64,000 nt of DNA, taken from Amoebophrya sp. A120. Its lineage: Eukaryota; Protista; Dinoflagellata. The position numbers and the translations under genes are program-made. Position 1 is the first letter of the stretch; the number at the start of each line of letters is the position of its first letter. The stretch lies in contig CAJINV010000004.1 of the NCBI GenBank assembly GCA_905178155.1, forward strand, positions 6,426,828 to 6,490,827, in the 5' to 3' direction. Of this stretch, positions 60,227-64,000 are shown one piece after another. The notes below the pieces were generated by a model, which saw only the letters and a program-made list of their open reading frames with translations, was not told where the DNA came from and did no database searches.

Positions 60227-62819
60227 ATGGCAGCGCTTATTTTCCAGCACTCTCGTCGGCAACTACACGCTTGTAGGGTGCCATGTGCGGGGGCCGCGGG
60301 GGTTTCGAGCAGACCATTTCTCACCCTTCCGGCTGCGTCAGCTTTACCACACCGAACGCAGGCTCGCCACATCGTTGCGTCGGCGTGGGCGCGACAGCAT
60401 GAAATGCAAATATGTCTGGGTCTGGATGAAACTTGTGATGCAAAGCTACGAATTGTGGGCGCACTACAATACACAGCCCAGCATGACAAGTTTTTGCGCT
60501 GGTGTGTCTTTCGTTTTTCGCATGACAAACTGCGTTTTTGCATGACAGGCAAGAGGCCCTTTTCCTGCTCATGCATCACAGATATAAGACTCATGCCAGA
60601 CAAGCATGACAGATTTGCATGCTTCCAGACCCAATCATATTTGCATTTGATAGACAGCACGCAGAAACCATGCAGGTCGAGAGGACAGCAGGGAGGACCT
60701 TGGTGAGAAATAAGAGCTTAGGAGTTTTTATTCATGATCCGTGCAGACCACGAGCTTCTTCTACCAACCCAATTCTAGGCGCGACAGGAAGTTGTAGTCC
60801 AGTGTTCATCCGTCCTTTCTCCACCACAACTCCACCGGCGCCTTCCACACCCACCTCTAGCGATATTTCCGTCCCGCCCCATGTTATCCTCACCAAGTAC
60901 CCCACCATCGAGGAGGCGGAGCAACTGCCCCGCGACTGGCACGAGCTGGATAACCGATCGCTGTGGCACCACTGCGGTCCGGGCGGGATCCACGACGCCA
61001 ACGAGGAGCGGCTGATCCGGGAAATCATGAAGGTGCAGAAGGTAGAGTACCAGCACGCGGTGTACAGTATGCATTGCATACAAAAGCATCTTCGCACTAG
61101 CGCACAGTGCATGACAAGTTTATTTTCCAACCTGAAGTAGGAAGTTTACACTTGCAATGCTGATGAGGGTACAAAGAACAGTCTGTCATGCATGTACTGC
61201 AACGATGCAAATGCTTTTGCTTTTGCGCAGGATATAGAAATTGATGGAGATCCAGGAGCACATCATCGGTGGGAACACCATTTTCCGTATCAAAAGGAAA
61301 AATTCCCCCACCCCATATCGAAATGGAAATCTGTGATGCGGGATTTGTGTACACAAATCGGCTTTGTATTGCAGGAAGGCATCGCGGCCAGATCCCCAGG
61401 CTATGCAGGGGCGTATCGGTCTAGTTGTGTAGCATGGCAAACGGCTCCGCTTTAGGCCCAACAGCATGACAAATCGCCTCCATAATGGGGGCGAAGCTTT
61501 TGCCCTTGTCTTCTTGCAAGACAGACGTGATTTGTGACCTCAAATCAGCAACGCAAATTTTCGGAAACATGCCTTTTCGATATGGGGAGGGGGGATTTTT
61601 CCTCACAATATTCCGGCACATTGGGTTAATGCCCTACAAGGTGGGCATGGCGACCGCGGGGATTTTGGGGATCAGTACCGTGCCGCTGATTTTCCACAAA
61701 AACACTGTACTTTGGTTCAACGACTTGTTTGTGACCGCCGATCTTCCGGAGCAGAAAGATCTGGAGACGTGGCTGGAAGTCGGCGGGTTCGCCTGGAACT
61801 GGATGGAGCCGCTGATTGGTTATCCTGTGCAAACGTATCGTACTAGTATAAATCGCATGACAAATTTCGCCAGCATGAAAAATGAAATTTGTGACGCAGA
61901 TTTGCCTTACGAAAAAGATTTCTAATGCTAATGCATGACTGCAAGTCGTGCAATTACTACGAGTGCGATACTTTTGCAATGCATATTGGTGAAGATTTGC
62001 TTCTCATTGGTCACACTGCTCGTCATTCAAAGCTACAGTTGTGATTTGTACAACCGATTAGATGCAGTTTCAGAACTCAACCAGGGATGATGTAGTTCTT
62101 ACCGGTTTTATTTGCCGTACAAAACTAACAATGATAAATGTAAATCCCATACCAAAGGTCAACTGAGCTTCATGTTCCTCGTGGCGCAGTACATGCGAAG
62201 TCAGTTGTTGAACCTGGGTTTAAAGCCGTACACGGGGATATGGAAGCGTCAGGATGGAAATCGTCAAAGTTGAAATAACTTGTAATGCATAAAATCGATA
62301 CCAGTTGAAAGCCCAATTTCTAAGCGGTGCGTGACAAATTTTCAGAGCACCGGAATCCAATTTGCCATGCTGTTTGGGCACAGGCGACTGCTTTTGTCAT
62401 GCTACTTTAGCAGCTCTATTTCAAACCCTAAACAGGCTGACAGTCGGCCTCACTTGCCAGCCCGGCAAGACAGGCATTTCATGCCTTGCATTTTATGCAT
62501 GACAAATCATTTCAACTTTGTCGATTTTAAACCTGACGCGTCCATAGGGGATGCTGATCAAATACCGGTGCGACCGGGCCGTGGAACATTACCCGGAGTA
62601 TCCTGTGCAAAAGTATCGTACTCGAACTAATTGCAAATATGTATAACAAATATCCCTTTTTAGGTGAATCAGCATTACAAAATCCATTTTTCCTTTTGAG
62701 AAAATTTGTGATGCAATTCATACTAATACGATACTTTCGCAATGCATACGGAGTTTTCCGCGACAATTTTGACCGATTACGCAACCACGATCTCATGGGA
62801 AGGACGACGGAGGAATTAA
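60227..62819 (+). CDS. hypothetical membrane protein, probably mitochondrial (6 introners plus GT-AG introns)
   Basis: Arg/Ser/Ala-rich acid-poor leader; spliced product ERLIREIM...PEQKDLETWLEVGGFAWNWMEPLIGQLSF...LGLKPYT; stop TAA at 62817-62819. Confidence 0.8.
60398..60652. mobile_element. introner, family A
   Basis: Left end CAT variant; TSD GACAG. Confidence 0.9.
61068..61234. mobile_element. introner, degenerate family C
   Basis: TSD TACAG/TAGAA (diverged). Confidence 0.82.
61288..61610. mobile_element. introner, family E
   Basis: TSD TTCCG. Confidence 0.92.
61821..61985. mobile_element. introner, family C, at a canonical 5' splice site
   Basis: TSD TTGGT includes the GT donor. Confidence 0.9.
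62239..62546. mobile_element. introner, singleton family G
   Basis: TIR TATGGA.GCGTCAGG...CAAAGTTGAAAT; TSD GGGGA. Confidence 0.9.
62599..62748. mobile_element. introner, family C
   Basis: TSD CGGAG. Confidence 0.92.
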
Positions 62820-63547
62820 GCGAAGGATGGGCGGGTTTTGAATTCGATTTCGATGTAAGATTGGTAATACTTACCCCGGCGATTTTTAGAAATAAGTACC
62901 ACCTGTATGATGATGTAGAAGAGTTCAGGATGGAAAATTCGTTTTCTAGATGAACACGAAAATGTTGTACCACGAGAAATAAACCAGGACTAGTTGCATT
63001 CGAACTTGTGTGTGTAAAAATGCAAACGCTCGCTATGAATTACTTATGTGATGAAGCAGGGCGAAGACGTAGACGCCTCTCCACTACCTCCTTTTTGCGC
63101 AATAAGAGAGTGCTGTGCTGTTTTTTTCGTGTCACGAAAAATTTTTGCAGGGCAAATGCAAGCAAAAACGTCTTAGGGAGAACCAGTATTATCGTCGGGA
63201 CAGCCAAAATGATCGTAGGGAGAACCGGAATTAGTTTCGTTTGCGTCGTAGGGAGGAAAAAAAAGTGTCGTCTGCTGAGCGTACAGATCAAAAGTTTCTC
63301 GTTCGTGATCCGGTACTAGTGGGTGAGTTGGCCGCTTTTCGTTGCAATCGCTTCGTCTTCGCTGCCTCTGGTTGATAGAATTTCATCGGGATATCTCGTT
63401 GTGAAGCTGTGATAAAATAGGTGCAACCACTTCATTGCGTACACAATTCGTTTTTTTGCGAAAGGCAGTATCAAAATAGTACAAAGTCTTCGAGTTGAGT
63501 ATATTTATCCACTGCAAGAAACTTGCGAAAAACAGTACCAGCAAATC

Positions 63548-64000
63548 ATGGCAAACGCCAGTGACGAGTCCTCCCCCTTCCGAAACCTGGTGCGTCTCCG
63601 CGGGACGAGGAAGGCTCCGATAATTATGGTCCGAGAGGAGGACTTTGAGGAGTTTCAAGCGCACAAGGACTTTAAGTCCGCGCTCGCGGCCTTCCTCGCG
63701 AAGGAAGCCCGGATCCGCACCGAGAACCGCAAAAAACGGGCCGAACTGAAACTGCAGGCGCGGCAACGCCGAGCCCAGGAGCGAGCGCAGCATCGTGAAG
63801 CGCGGCGACAAAGGCAGGCGGCAGCGGGCGAGCAGCCCGAGGAACGGGAGGACGAGAGTTCCTCTTCTTCAGAAAGTTTCTTATCCGACCCAGATAAACA
63901 CTTCGACGAACACATCGCGGTTGTGCGCGCGGAAGACGAACTAGTGGTCATTCCGCCCGTGGCGCCCTCCGACGAGAACGCGATGGCGGAGCGGTTGAAG
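63548..64000 (+). CDS. hypothetical protein, partial (runs off window)
   Basis: ATG at 63548 opens a stop-free, charged frame (MANASDESSPFRNLVRL...) to the window end. Confidence 0.7.
   Translation, partial: MANASDESSPFRNLVRLRGTRKAPIIMVREEDFEEFQAHKDFKSALAAFLAKEARIRTENRKKRAELKLQARQRRAQERAQHREARRQRQAAAGEQPEEREDESSSSSESFLSDPDKHFDEHIAVVRAEDELVVIPPVAPSDENAMAERLK

Noticed and set aside
63170-63260. Three to four copies of TCGTAGGGAGAACC-like sequence
   Set aside because: Short degenerate repeat with no supporting context.

Overview
Gene-dense eukaryotic protist DNA. Its architecture matches what is described for the parasitic dinoflagellate Amoebophrya (inference from architecture only). It holds about 20 genes: asd, PRP22/DHX8, an SDR, a duplicated kinase with two PH-like domains, a six-member intronless gene family, and several hypothetical proteins. 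The dominant structure is 43 short inverted-repeat elements (mostly 149-323 bp, 9 TIR families) that interrupt coding sequence. All follow one rule: TAT...ATA termini (three have a one-base variant at one end) flanked by a 5-bp target-site duplication (TSD). Removing the element plus one TSD copy restores conserved reading frames, so they behave as non-canonical introns (introners). Further points read from the sequence: (1) the elements occur in both orientations relative to the transcript; (2) the upstream TSD copy is the exonic one; (3) unrelated families share a repeated internal TGTCATGC-like motif; (4) many GT-AG introns look like converted introners; (5) one element in PRP22 carries a 5.1-kb insert with a 119-bp satellite; (6) the two kinase copies have identical introns but synonymously diverged exons. 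The six-gene family resembles degenerate tandem PD-(D/E)XK-fold proteins with mitochondrial-like presequences. No transposase, rRNA, tRNA or CRISPR was recognised. Coordinates were read by eye and no database searches were run.
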